Below are positions 33,421 to 47,084 of a stretch of 64,000 nucleotides of DNA, one piece after another. Made by a program: the position numbers and the translations under genes. Position 1 is the first letter of the stretch; every line of letters starts with the position of its first letter. The notes under the pieces are model-generated. The model worked only from the letters and a program-made list of their open reading frames with translations, had not been told where the DNA came from and ran no database searches. This stretch comes from Azolla caroliniana (Eukaryota > Plantae > Polypodiophyta): NCBI GenBank assembly GCA_043228905.1, contig JBHGNT010000005.1, positions 23,870,001-23,934,000 on the forward strand. The letters are read 5' to 3'.

Positions 33421-36400
33421 CTACTTAGCATCCATAAGAGCCCCGCTGGTCACGCCGAAGGCACATTTCGCGGGATTCAGGCTTAAGCGTGCAGTGCGAC
33501 AACGTTCCAAGCACAACTGCAAATGCGTAAAATGGTCGGGTTTTATCCCATATACCGCAAAATCGTCTAAAAAAACTTGCATGAATGACAGAATATATTC
33601 CCCAAAGATCTCCGTGATTGTCCGTTGAAATGTCGCCGGCACCGTCTTTAGCCCAAACATCATGACGTCTGCCACATAGACTCCCCAGTCCGTGACAAAT
33701 GTCGTCTTCTCTTGGTCATCGGGATGCATGCGTACCTGGTTGTATCCACTGAATCCATCTAAAAAACTATACATGTCATGCCCTACGACGGCGTCCAGTA
33801 CGCTATCGGTGAATGGTAAAGGGAATGCGTCTGTAATGGTTATGGCGTTTAATTTTCGGTAATCCACGCATACTCATATTTTGCCATTTTTCTTTGGAAC
33901 GACTACTATCGGACTTAACCATGTGGCTTGTTTAACTGGCCGTATGAATCCCGCCTTTAGGACTTTGTCAATTTCTTCTTTTACGCGGGTCGCGTAGTTC
34001 GGGTTCATGCGGTAGCGACGTTGCTTGACCAGTTTTGCGTCGGTTGCTAAATTAATCTTATGTTGATAGAACTTTGGATCTAACCCCTTCATGTCCTCGT
34101 GAGCCTAGGCGAACACATCTTTATATTTCTTGAGTAGTTCGATCATTGCATCTCTCTGGTTCGGCCTTACTTCTTTTGCGATGGAGAGGAAACGGGGTTC
34201 TGACGTCATACCCACGTTTACTTCTTCCAGGGCTGAGGCGGTGACTCATCGTGAAATTTCCATTTCCCTCTCGAATGCTACCCGTGCTCTGCTTAGTTCT
34301 AATATTGACTCCAGGTTTGGTTCGTAAGCCTCATCGTGGAGAGTACTGGTCGTGGCATATTCTACCGCGGTTGCGATGACGTTGATTTCGAACAGCGGAA
34401 TAATCCGAGGGTGCTCATCTAGGTATGCCTCTAATTTTGCATCATCCACCCCAGCCAACATATTTATATCTTCCGCGTATAATGGTGTTATACCCTTGGA
34501 TTGTGTCGCCCTTTCCTCCGTTGGTACACGAACCTTGGTGCGTCCGTGTTGAAAACTGATACACTTGTGTTGCCAGCTCTGCTTGATATTCGCTGCACGA
34601 AGCCACGGTCTGCCCAGCAGCACAGGGTACACCCCTGGGGCATCCAGGGCGAGGACTACCGCCGAGATGTCGAAGCAACGTACTTCCACGATAATGCCTA
34701 CCTTGCGTATCAACCCCAATGGTCGTACTAAGCGGGTATCTGCCATACGGAGCTAGAACGGGCAAGCCTCCCATTCTGAAATGCCTAACTGCTCGCATGT
34801 TTTCACGCTAATTACATTAACGCCCAAGCCACCATCGATTACGCATCCTGGGATTTCTTGACTGTGTAATATCAACGTAATAGCCGGGTTGTGGTGATCC
34901 ACTACAGACGGTTCGTTGCTAATGTCCGTGAAATTCGTAGCGACACTCACCCCGGGTATGCCCGTCACCCGTTCTTCCATGGTCTGGCGGAAGCGTGGGA
35001 CTAGTTGCAACAGCTTCTCCATGGATAACGTTATTTTGCAACCTGCCAGTGCTTGCCAAATGGGGTCCGGGGCCGGTCCTTCGTCCTCCACTAGCTCCAT
35101 CGCGTTCGCGGATTCCTTCCGCATGCGTTCCGTATTTGTCGCAGTTGCTTTTTCAACCCATGCATGGGCTGTTCGTCGTATCTCATCTTGCGTGGCCCAA
35201 TCAACCGTTTTTGTTTGTTGACGTGTTGTGACTTGCTGCACTTCTGTCGTAATCGTATTGACGACGAGCCCTTGCCCTTGCGTACTGGGCATTGTGTGGC
35301 ATAATGTCCGGGCTGCTGACAAACAAAACAATGGATGCTAGATTTGCCCTTCTCGGCCCCTGGTGGTGTGTGCCGATCCCTCGGTCTGGCTTTGTTTGTC
35401 GGAGCGTACGCAATGGTTGTTGTTGGTCCCGGCGTGGTTCTTGGTGTCGGTCATCATCCGAGCTTTCGTCATATCGTCGGTGGTCCTGATATTGCCGCTG
35501 CTTTCCACGAGGTCCATTGAAGCCGCCACATTTGTTTGTCGGCTGGTGATTCTCATAGCGCCGGCCCCCTTTAGTATATCTGGGGGGACCACGGTAGTCC
35601 TCATCCTCTGGCTCGTCTTCCTTGGAATCGTTGTGATTCCGGCAATTCCAGTAGTGCTAGTCATCACGTGGGTTGTGATCCATATACCGTGGTCGGTCTT
35701 CTTGCCTCCTTTGTTCAGTACGGCGTGGGGGACGCTATGTGTCCATGTTGTGTACTGTGGGAGCGGCTCTGTTCAATATATTGTATTCGCACTGCTCGAC
35801 TGTGTGAGCCTTCGAGTGACAGATTGGGCAGTGGATTCGCATGTTGCACTCCAGTGCAAAATGCCCCGAATTCAAGCAAATTGTGCACTGGATTGCTTGA
35901 CGAAAATGTTGTTCCTCGTCCTGAGGTAACGCTTGTCGTAATGAGGACATAGAAAACCTTTCCTCTACGTTGTCCAGCTCGAGTTGTAACGCTCTATCGA
36001 TGACCATATCGGTTGTTTCCCCTTTCACGCTATTGTTGTTGAGCGTTGTCCGTATGGGTCGGCGTAATGCCGCCAGAAATGTCTCCCGTGCCTCGTCCTT
36101 CGCGAGGCCCCGTTCTAGTTTCCCCCGTAAATTTTGGAAACGTAAGCTGAAATCCATGATCGTCTCGGTCGGCAGCTGCTTAATTGTGTAGAAATGTCCG
36201 AGGATTTCGCGTTGTGAAACCCTCCGATGGAAGAACCGCAAAAAGGTGGACTCCAGTTGGTCGAAGGTCGTGATTGCTGGCAGATCCATCTGTGAATGCC
36301 AAAACGTCGCCCGCGCATCCAATGTTAACCCGAACTCCGTCATTTTGGACTGGTGCGCTACCGCCTCAGAAAGGCTCTGTGCCATGTGGTTTGCATTCCA

Positions 36401-37150
36401 GACATTGAGGAACAGACAAATGTGGGTTGCGGTGTCGGTTTCGCTGTTAAAGCGGGGATAGGCAAAGGCCATGCTGGGGGCTATGGCGGGCAGGGAAAGA
36501 GCACAGTGTTGTTGTGGTGAGCATGCTTCCCGCGTATTGTCGAGGTATTTGGAGAGCGGGAAATCACCTTTGTGGTCCCGACAGGTAGTGTTGAGGTCGT
36601 TGAGGCGAGGCTTCTACCGTGCGCGTTCCTCTGCCTGGCGTGTGATGGACCTTGTGATCGGCCGGTCTGGTCGTGTTGGTTTTCTGGAGTGTCTGCAGCT
36701 AAACATCCATTCGTCGTTGTTCTTCTATGAGAAGACACAGATCACCAAGCGTGCCAAAAGTGTTACCAACTAGAAACACGGTCTACGGTCAGTCCTTTGA
36801 CCTAGACTTCCAAGTGACTGTGTGACAACGAATGGTAGCGTCTGTGCGTAATACTTGGTGGGATATTCCCCATAACCTAGCGACGTATAAGGGAGACGGT
36901 TACAACCAAGCTCCTTTGACAGTGGGCTAGGGCACACACCGTTACTTACTCCTACGCTCTTAGGTGTTACAAACACATAGTAGATTAGCTGTAGTTACAC
37001 ACAGATATCAGAGAAGATAGAACTCTATTACGATACGCCTCTTACATTCCAAAATTACACGCTACCTCTATTAGAGGCTTTTTGCCCTTTATATACGCAA
37101 GGTCTTTTAGCCGTTCATGCTTCCCGCGTGAACCGTTACATGCGTTACAA
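33421..37150 (-). mobile_element. Truncated non-chromovirus Ty3/Gypsy (partial 5' LTR, gag, protease, partial RT)
   Basis: LTR edge at 36761; PBS-like TGGCACGCTTGGTG 36743-36756; gag with two CCHC-like knuckles (35735-36472); VIDGGLGVNVI protease; FLDGFSGYNQ and FLDDF RT; breaks off at 33421; far LTR end not found. Confidence 0.85.
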
Positions 37151-37259
37151 TATTATACTATTCCGTATTCCTGCGCTCTTGTCCATCGATTACAATTCCG
37201 GAGGACAACAAATACATAGATTGATTCATCCATTGATTGATCCCCCCCCCCATTACACA

Positions 37260-38103
37260 AGCCTTATGAGGGTTTTTATAGGTTTATCTATCCTTCTAAC
37301 ATGCACAAAACCATGGGCTTGAACCCATGGTTTTCTGGCACAAGTTTTCCTTGTGGCATGCACAAAAGCATAGGCTAAAACCATGGTTTTGTGTACAAGG
37401 TTTTGTATGTTTTTTTCCTATGGAATACTAAATATGAGAAGGAAATATACAAAATCTAACGCAATTAGTAGTAGCTTTAGTGGTAAGATAATTTCTTCCT
37501 ATCTTAGAATTGCAAGGTTCAAATCTTACTTGCACCCTTTTATATGCACTTGAATGTCATTAGACCCTAGGCTAATTTTCATATTTATAATCATGTGTGT
37601 GGAGCCACACTATTTCACAATTTCTCCCATTGGACACAGAACATCACGACATCCACCCCCACCAAACCGCACATCCTCCGGCATGTGCGAAGAAGAAAAG
37701 AGTGATGTGGTAGAGTCAAAAGGTGGTTTGTCTTTGATTTCCTCCTTCCTTATGCGTCGTCCTTTGTCCTCCATTTTGAGTACATGCATTCCTTCCACCC
37801 GATCAACCATATCATTCAATCACCTTTCGCATTTCCATGACCACTTGTCGTAGCCCCTTTTGCTCCTCCTGAGCATAACTCTTCACGCATCGTACATGTG
37901 CCGCCTTCATCTCGACCATCTCCTTGGTCATCAAACTTCCTTGGATCGTCTTTTCTCAAGGTTTAAATTTTGCTTGCACCCTTCTATATGCACTTGAATG
38001 TCATCAGACCCTAGGCTAATTTTCATATTTATAATCATGTGTATAATGTGTGTGGAGCCACACTATTTCACAATTTCTCCCATTGGACACAGAACATCAC
38101 GAC
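37260..38103 (-). mobile_element. Fragment of the TGTCGTG family: PPT plus 3' LTR start at 37651, with a local duplicate of the LTR start at about 37965-38103
   Basis: Reverse complement GGATGTGCGGTTTGGTGGGGGTGGA|TGTCGTGATG matches 28088-28122; left boundary uncertain. Confidence 0.65.
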
Positions 38104-38959
38104 TGCACGACCGAGAGTATGGCCAAGATGTGCGCCCGAGAGCACGGCCTAAAAGCGCAACCGAGAGAAGGGCCGAGTGCCGAGTGCGAAGACAGCCAAA
38201 GAAAAGACGAAGAAGTAGAGTACGAAGAAGAAAAGAAAGAGGAAAGAGAAGAGGGGTAGAGAGGAGAATTTCACAAGCTCAAGGGTATCCATTAAAATCT
38301 CAAAAATTTGAGGGTAAAAACAAAAATGTCTAAAACCAAGGGGTACAAATCATGAAATTTCGAAAACACAACACACATGATGAAAGAAAGAATACATAAA
38401 CACACAACATGATTTCATGACCCATGCCACGTTGAACTAGTTGATTAGTGTATGATCCAATCACGACTTCTCTTGACCGAACAAGAAGGTTCGAGTCAAG
38501 CAAAGCTTCGATCGAAGCTATCAATCGTAGAGCAGTGATCCGGTCAAGGGATTTCCGACCGTTGAGATGACCGATGGAGTTCCGGTTGAGAAGAGTTACC
38601 ATGGCGAGTGGGTTCACCGTGCAATGCACTGTCCCACAAGCGTGCCATGTGTTACCCGTAAGAATATACGGGGAGGCATAAGGGTATGTGTAATGATGTG
38701 GTTGATGTGTATGTGTAAAGTAAATGAGTGTGTGAGGATGAGTATGTGTATGGACACATGCACAATTATGTGCATGTGTACAAGAATGTGTAACGGTCTT
38801 ATTATATAAACCCCCTATGGGGTATGTAATGGGATAACCTTTTTTCCCCTCTCACATTTGTGTCATTTTCTATTTGTCTTTCTCTCTAGCTCTCTCACTA
38901 TCGTAACCCCCTTGGGAAGGGGGTGAAGCCATTCTAACCTTCACCCCCCCACCACAACA

Positions 38960-40612
38960 ACAGTACACAGTTGTTTATCTGATCAACAGGTCTCCCTCAG
39001 TATCATTAAAGGGTGATGTTCCACAGAGAGTGTGGACAGGGAAGGATGTCTCCTAACAACACCTGAGGGTGTCCCGATGTTTGGTGTATATGCATGTACC
39101 AAAGGATCAGAGGTCAAAGCTTGACAGTAAGTTGAAAGCATGCATATTCATGGGATACTCGGAAGATGAGTTCGGCTATAGGCTATGGGACCTAGTCGAC
39201 AAGAAGGTAGTGAGAAGTCAGGATGTAGTCTTTCTTGAAGATAAGACAATTGAAGACTAGAAGCAACAGAAGTCGAAACCGACTCCCTGGTCAACCCCGA
39301 CTACCATCGACCTAAGGCCAAGTGAATGAGCATCGTCAACTGTTCGGAGACGGCCAGTCAGCACAGCCGAATCTGAGTCGGTCGACTCGGAGAGACCGAC
39401 TGACTATGAGTCAGAGTCGGCAATGCTGCCAAGGTCAATTGAAGAGTATGAGTTGTAGTCGTCCAAGCTGGAGATGCCAATTGATGTGCAGGAACCCGAG
39501 CGGAGAGAAGAGTTGGTAGAGACATCCGAAAGAGAGCCAACAACAAGTGGGAGAAGATACTCACTCAGAGAAAGGAAAGCACCGACTACATATGCCAGTC
39601 AATACATCCTCTTGACTGATGAAGGTGAACCAGAGTGCTATGAAGAAGCCATTGCCGACGAGCACAGAGAAAAATGGCTGAGCGTGATGCAAGATGAGAT
39701 GGAATCCTTGCACGAGAACTACACCTACGACCTGGTAGAGTTGCCGAAAGGTAAGAGAGCACTAAGGAATAAATGGGTCTACAAGGTGAAGACTGGAGAA
39801 GCCGACAGTGAGCCCAGGTATAAAGCCCGCATAGTGGTGAAGGGTTTTCAACAGAAAAAGGGCGTCGACTTTGACGAAATATTCGCACCAGTCGTGAGGA
39901 TGACATCCATTCGAACTGTTCTGAGCATAGCGGCCAGTATGGATCTGGAGATCGAATAGTTGGATGTCAAAACCGCATTTCTGCACGGGGAGCTAGAAGA
40001 AGAAACCTATATGCAGCAACCCGAAGGCTTTGAGGAGAAAGGGAAAGAGAATCTGGTGTGTCGACTGAAGAAAAGCTTGTACGATCTAAAACAAGCTCCA
40101 CGCTAATGGTACAAGAAGTTCGAGTCTTTCATGATAGAACACCGTTTCCAGAAAACACGGGTTGATCATTGTGTGTTCGTCAAGAGGTACGAAGAAGGAG
40201 ACTTCTTGACTCTCTTGTTATATGTTGATGACATGTTGATAGTCGGTCAAGATACAAGGAAGATTGGAAGCTTGAAGAAAGCTCTCGGCAAATTGTTTGC
40301 CATGAAAGACATTGGACCAGCTAAACAGATCTTAGGAATGCATATAGTTCGAGACAGAACTCAAAAGGTGCTCTGGTTGTCACAACAAAAGTATGTGACA
40401 AAGATCCTAGAAAGATTCAACATGTCGGACGCAAAGCCAGTCGATTCGGTGTTGCCGACAAACTGCAGGTTGAATGCGAAGCAGTGCCCGAAAGGGGAGA
40501 AGGAGAAGGCCGAGATGAGGAAGATACCATATGTGTTGACCGTCGGCAGTCTAATGTATGCTATGGTCTATACTAGACCAGACATAGCATTTGTTGTGGG
40601 AGCAGTAAGCCA
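38960..40612 (+). mobile_element. Ty1/Copia fragment (integrase C-terminus and RT), related to the 18574-22659 family
   Basis: VYLINRSPS, RSKLDSK, RYKARIVVKGF, LLYVDDMLI, VGSLMYAM; truncated at both ends. Confidence 0.88.
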
Positions 40613-42721
40613 ATTTGGTCAAGGAAAGCATTGTCCTTTGGAAAAAGCATCCAACAACAATCTATTTAACACATGACATTCTATAAAAATGTACAAATGA
40701 GCGAAAAACAAATTTGGCTTTTAAACTTACCATTTAGTGAAGGAAATATTTCCACACGATCAAAGGATTTCTTCTACTTTCAGAAAGTATGGAGTAAAAT
40801 TTTCTCCCTTTTTTGGAAAAAAAAGATTCTCCTAAGATGAAATCTCTTAAGAAAAAACATGGTCTACTTAAATAACACACGAGGTTCTATTATGTTCTAT
40901 TCCATAACCATTCAATGTTATTGTCAAATAAAAAAACATTTTCACCTTAAACGGTTCACTTTTGAAAAATTCTTCATAATAGATTCAATAGTAATATTAT
41001 TTTTTATGAATCCATACACTAAAATTCATCGTTCTTCTTCTTCTTTTCCAAAAAAGAAGTTCATTGTTCTTTTTAATGACGAACATCTAGATAAGTTTTA
41101 TCTAACTCTTATTATATATGCATTAAATAAAAGCCAAAGTAAACTTGCTAGCTTGGTACATAGAGTATGTAAACAATGAAGATGTGAGAAGCACGATCTT
41201 TTTCTAACTTCACTATCATCTCATTAAAAAATACATCCAACAACCCTAGAAAGAAAGTCCAAATGTTCAAAACAAAAAATGGCCCATGTGCTCAAGATGT
41301 TGAAAATAAGGGAATATTGAATCATGCATGACAAAAATGTATCAGTATAGAAAATTCATCGTTGTCATCTTCATATTAAACATAAACACAATTATCAAAG
41401 CATCAATCCTAGAGTAATAACATGTATTCCATTTTTCTAACATGTAATGTGCGAACTATGTTACCACGATCGTATACTTTTATAGGTAAACAATCAATGC
41501 TTAGATGGAGGCCATGAAATTATTAATCGTTTTCTTGCTACTTATGATTCAACATAAGCCTTTCTTTGTTGCTCAATCTTGTATCGAATTAATTCATAGT
41601 TCATGTGTTTTTTCTCATTCCTCTCATAAGATTATTGTATTCTTTGTATACTTAAAGATTGATTAATACCATAATAGTCAAGGCAATATGCTCTCTTAAT
41701 ATCTTAACTTTATTTATGCCAATTTGCTTAGTGCCAAGATAATTCCTAAAAGCTCAAAGAAGCATAAGAACCTCCAATTTTCTAACCTACAAGAGGGTAC
41801 ACGATGGAATAACCATGAGTATGACCTCTACAAGGAGTAGTAACTCTTAACGAGTTAAGATGAGTGCATAAGAGGAATGCCTCTTTGAGACCCCATAACA
41901 AATACAAATATAACTCAGACGATGTGGTTGATGGCTTCCTCTAGAATATGTTCTAAGGTTCTTTTTCGTATAGAATGTGCCTTGCCTAAATGATTATGTC
42001 ACCTGCACAATTAATGCTCACATATTGCTTACATTTGTGGAATCGTCACTACTTGCTAATACCTAACATATTTTGTTTCAAATGAAGCAATTACCCTCAT
42101 TGTTGAATGTGGACCAATGTTTATGAATTTAAGAAACACAAAATTGGCTACCACATGTAGCAATAACGTTAATCATAACCTCTTGAAAATTTACCTTCAC
42201 TTTCCAATAAGCTCCTTGTCCTCCTAAGCCTAGACTTGAAAAGCATAAGTTTTACGCCATTTTCTCTACAATAAGCTACTCTTCTTCATAAGTCTTGTGT
42301 CGTTTGCATTGGAAGAATGTTTTGTGACTTTAGAGATTATGTTGGATGATATTTTCTCTATTCCACGGACAAGACTCCTACGTTGTGTGCCATTCAATGT
42401 CAAACTTGTATGTATGCTCTTTGAAACCGTGATTGGTTTTTGGTTAATAGAGTGGCAAGTTCAAGTTTCTTCTTGTGAATTCATAATGAAATCCATCAAG
42501 GAGGTCACACTATTCTCCAATTGAGTAGCAAAAAACCCATGATCAAATATATGCTTCAAATCATGTAGAAGAACTGAAAATATATTATTTGTGTCAATGC
42601 ATAATAAAATTGATCATCAATACATTGAATCTTGAAGAAAACCTAGAGAATTCCCTAAGGCTGAGCTAGAGGAGAGAAGGACAAAAAACAAAAGGTGACC
42701 ATTGATGGACAGCATTTGTAA

Positions 42722-43306
42722 TTAAATCCAGAGGTAGGTTTCATAAAGGGTTACGAGTATGGCCGTGGTGGCAGTAGGTGTCCGGGAGTAGACACGACCG
42801 ATGGTATACCCGAAAGTGTTACGGAAGTCTCCGGTACCCCCAGTGATAGCATACTCCCAAGGCTGGCCACTCGTAAAGTCGGCCTCGCCTTGTGTCGTGA
42901 ATGTGCCTTCGAGGCCAATGTTGTTCTTAGACTTGGGGGTGCGCTTAAAGGTGGGGTCGGAGTAGTGTACCACGGTCCTAGCCACAAAGTACGTCGCAGG
43001 TAAAGTGTTGGAGGCTACAGTCGAGGTCCCGCGGATGAAGCCAATGGATGGAGAAGTCGCATTGGGTGTTGCGGTGATGGGGTACGCGTACACGACCCCA
43101 AGCCCGACCCCCGTCCGTGTCCCGTTCACGGCCGCCACACTCGCATTCACATTCACGAACTCGTTCACTCCAAATTGTTGATGCGAGTAGTAACGTAGGA
43201 CGATCTGGTGCCGTCTCTTCGCCGAGGTGGCACCCGTAGGAACCACCACCAATACCAACAAGAGTAGAGAAACCATAGCTAAAACTAGGGGAGCCTTGTT
43301 TGCCAT
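42722..43306 (-). CDS. Dirigent-like secreted protein, copy 2 (protein identical to copy 1)
   Basis: Same 194-aa translation at offset +41724. Confidence 0.88.
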   Translation of the reverse strand: MANKAPLVLAMVSLLLLVLVVVPTGATSAKRRHQIVLRYYSHQQFGVNEFVNVNASVAAVNGTRTGVGLGVVYAYPITATPNATSPSIGFIRGTSTVASNTLPATYFVARTVVHYSDPTFKRTPKSKNNIGLEGTFTTQGEADFTSGQPWEYAITGGTGDFRNTFGYTIGRVYSRTPTATTAILVTLYETYLWI

Positions 43307-43628
43307 TAGTGCTGAGCTTGAATTTTTTACTTAGGAAATGGGATTGCTACTTCCTTGGCCTTCAATCTTCTTAAATAAGGGGGTTTTTGGGCGATTCTTT
43401 AACTTGATAGATGGATAGAACGTGCAAGAACGTGGTTGCATGCGGCCTTACTTTCAAGTAATAGCCTAGATCGAGATTACATTTAAATTTGTCAAAGCTC
43501 TCTTTGCAACCTTAGGCCCAAATTATATTACTAGGATTTTCAATGCCATCCTTTCATAAAAAATTTCCTTTTACAACAGAAAATCATGTAACATTAGAAT
43601 ATTGGGGATAGCTCCATTACCACATGGT

Positions 43629-43667
<39 letters not shown>

Positions 43668-46600
43668 TCACTTTTTCAAAGTGTACCCAACCTTTCATTC
43701 TATAAATATTGTGAACAAATCAGTAATATCTACCAGATATAACGTAATTTAACCTCGTCGTACATCGTTTCTGTTTTAATCGTCAACTTGTAATCATATA
43801 TTAAACGACAAGTAAATATATGAATTCCCTTATTGCATCCTCCTTGTGGGATTGAGTGACTTTTGCATAAGAATGGTTTTGAAGTATATTAAAGTATGTC
43901 GTTAGACTTCATTACTACACACTTATTTGGGGCCACAAGGTAAGACGAGAGGTAATACTTCGACTAATGTTAACACTAAGACTAGGGGGAAATGTTGGTG
44001 TGTTTGGTTATGGTGTAAGGTAAAGATTCTTTTTATGGTTATGAGGGTTTGGTTGACTTCAAGTTTTCTTATTGACATCTTCACACAATTGTATATTCGT
44101 ATATGTACTATAGTTGCATGATGAACATACATAAACCATAGTGACAATTGGAGCATTCCTAAATCCATCAACATTAACATAGTTTTACCTCAATTTGACA
44201 AATGACCCTAGCTATACAAATTTAAAAAACTATCATGGGATATCAGGAACATATATATGTTGGTGAAGGGTCTCCTAGGGAGTCTTTTTCTTTCTTTGTG
44301 TTCTCCTTTGTGCTAATGGAAACAACTCGAGTACATTATACAAATTCTCCTTGACTTATTTCACAATCAAGTCATCTAGTATGTGAACACCACCATTATT
44401 TGGACTTCTTTATGCTTCTTCGTTGATTTTATGCTCTATTAATTGCCAATGCCTTGCAATGGGTTGCTTTGTAATTCTTGATATTATGTTTCAACATGTT
44501 ATTGATCTTCTCGTCCACTATTGAACGATAAGTTTTCTCTACATCCAGCAAACATGGGATAGGTTTGTCTTCTGAATATTTGGGAGTTCATCAAGTCACC
44601 AAACTATTATTGTTAGACTCCTTAATTACATATGAGATTCAAGTGTATAAGTTGGTATGCTAGCCTCATCGATATTTTTTTCACTACCATCACTAATGAT
44701 GGAACCTAAGCTACAATAATAGTTAACACGTGAATTGTTGTCATTTAAGTGAAAATTCCAATGAGTTCGCTTCTTGGGACTCTTTTACTTGGAGGGATCC
44801 ATATCCTCTTTAATTCCAAGCATCTTCTACTTCAAAAGATAAATAATTTGTTTTCCTAAATGTTCATTCTTTCTTAATGACTTACACTTGTAATGTGGTT
44901 CTAATGAACCTTGATCAAAATGAATCATTACATTCTTATATGTAGCCATGACCTTGGGCACTCCAAAATGAATGGCATTGGTTGTCATAATTATCTAGAG
45001 TAGCACCATTGGTCCAACATCTATTCTTAGTTGGTTTCAATCCATTTCTTCTTTGATATAATATTACCAACATGTGAGCATCATTGACCTTTATATATAA
45101 ATATCTATTTTCGCTAGATTAGTCATTTGTTAAATTTCAATTGGTACCTAGCAATATCATTTTGATTGTTCAAACCTTAACATCCAATGCTTTATATAAC
45201 TATACTCCAAACGTGTTTAGCAACATAGGTTTACACTATAGGGATGTGATTCAAAATAAGATGGCCATAAATGGTCCCCATTCATTTTTAATGGAAAATT
45301 GTTTTGCAAACTATTAATATTCTTTGGAATAAGGAAGATATGGTTCAACCTTATTTTATTTAAGCTACTCAAACATTTTCCTTTAACATCATGCATAATT
45401 TGTTTCTTAGTTAAAGTTGTAAACATTTTATCTATATGATCGTGTGTATGACCAACCATTAAAAAACTCATGTGGGCATCATTGGCCTTTGTATACATAT
45501 ATCTATTTTCTCTAGATTAGTCATTTGTTAAATTTCAATTGGTACCTTGCAAGATCATTTTGATTATTCAAACCTAAACATCCAATGTTTTATATAACTA
45601 TACTCCAAAGGTGTTTAGCAACATAGCTTTACAATATAGGGGTGTGATTCAAAATGGTATGTCCATCAATGGTCCTTATTCATTTTTAATGGAAAATTAT
45701 TTTACAAACTATTAATATTCTTTGGAATAATCAAGATATGGTTAAGCCTTATTTTATTTAAGCTACTCAAACATTTCCTTTAACATCATGCGTAATTAGT
45801 GTCTTCGATAAAGTGGTAAACATTTTATCTATATGATCATGTGTATGACCAACTTGAGTTTCTTATCTAAATCTAAAGCTCAGTTTACGAAGAAAGTTTG
45901 ATTGAATAAAAATGAAATCCAATGTATAGTTTCTTTGAGATTCTATGATTCCCAATCATTATTGCAATATGGTACTTCAAGCGTTCTACAAATAAAGGTT
46001 TGAGACACCAGATGTTTGTAATTAAACTTTGATTTTTGGGTGCATTCACTTAAACCTAATAAATAAACAACCTTCACTTAAATAAAAATAGATTACCATA
46101 CAAGAACAAAATAATAGTTATTGATCTTAACATTCTAGTTCATTTAACCTTTTAGTCTTTAGTGATCTGTCAATGAATATAGTTAAATAACTTTTAATCT
46201 TAGATTATTACTTGCTACTTAGTCAATTAGCCCATTTAGCGAATTAGTTGCTAGCAAGCTAGTAGCTAGTTCACCAAATAGCTAATAGCGCTTACAACCA
46301 AAAGATAAACAATAGCTAATAATCTTAGCTTATTAGCGATTAGACATCTAATAGCTATTGGTTACCTTGTAATAACTATTGGAATTTGTGATCTTAGCTA
46401 ATAGGAAATTAGATATTGGTTCAGCTCGTCATAGCTAATGCTCTTTGTTAGTTTATTAGATAGTGGTCTTATTAGGTACAAGTAAGCTAATAGTTAATCG
46501 TTATCAGCCAACTAGTAGTGCTCTTATTAACTATATGTGTTGTATTAGGTAATTATTTGTGGTTAATAACTAATGTAGATACTTAACTATAATGTTAGTG

Positions 46601-47084
46601 ATATTAGCTTATTAGATTGTAGACACCTATTAGGTAATTTCTTGTGGCACATCGATGTACCTAAAACAACTATTTCCTAACCTATAGGTAAATACCTTCC
46701 TCTCATTCTCTTTGTCATGCTCTTGTGCTATCTCTTCTCTTTTTGTTACATTATAGCCAGCTTACCTTATTGGTAAGTCGTTTACACTACTAGCACTACA
46801 TCTTGGGTTCGAAACCCAATTTTTTCTCACCTCTCTACTTTTAGTGCATAAATAACTACATTTCACTAGATGCCAATGTGGAATGTAGGGGTTGAACCCA
46901 TGACCACATGGCCTCCATTGGGCAACCTTAACAACTGAGCTACATCCATCTAGACAAATTCTCTCTCTGTCTCTCTTTTCTCTCTCTCTCTCTCTCCGTC
47001 GCATGCATAAGGCAAGATTCGAACCATGTACCTCCATGTCTCTCTCTCTCTCTCTTCTCTTTTTTATTACATTGTAGTTAGCTT

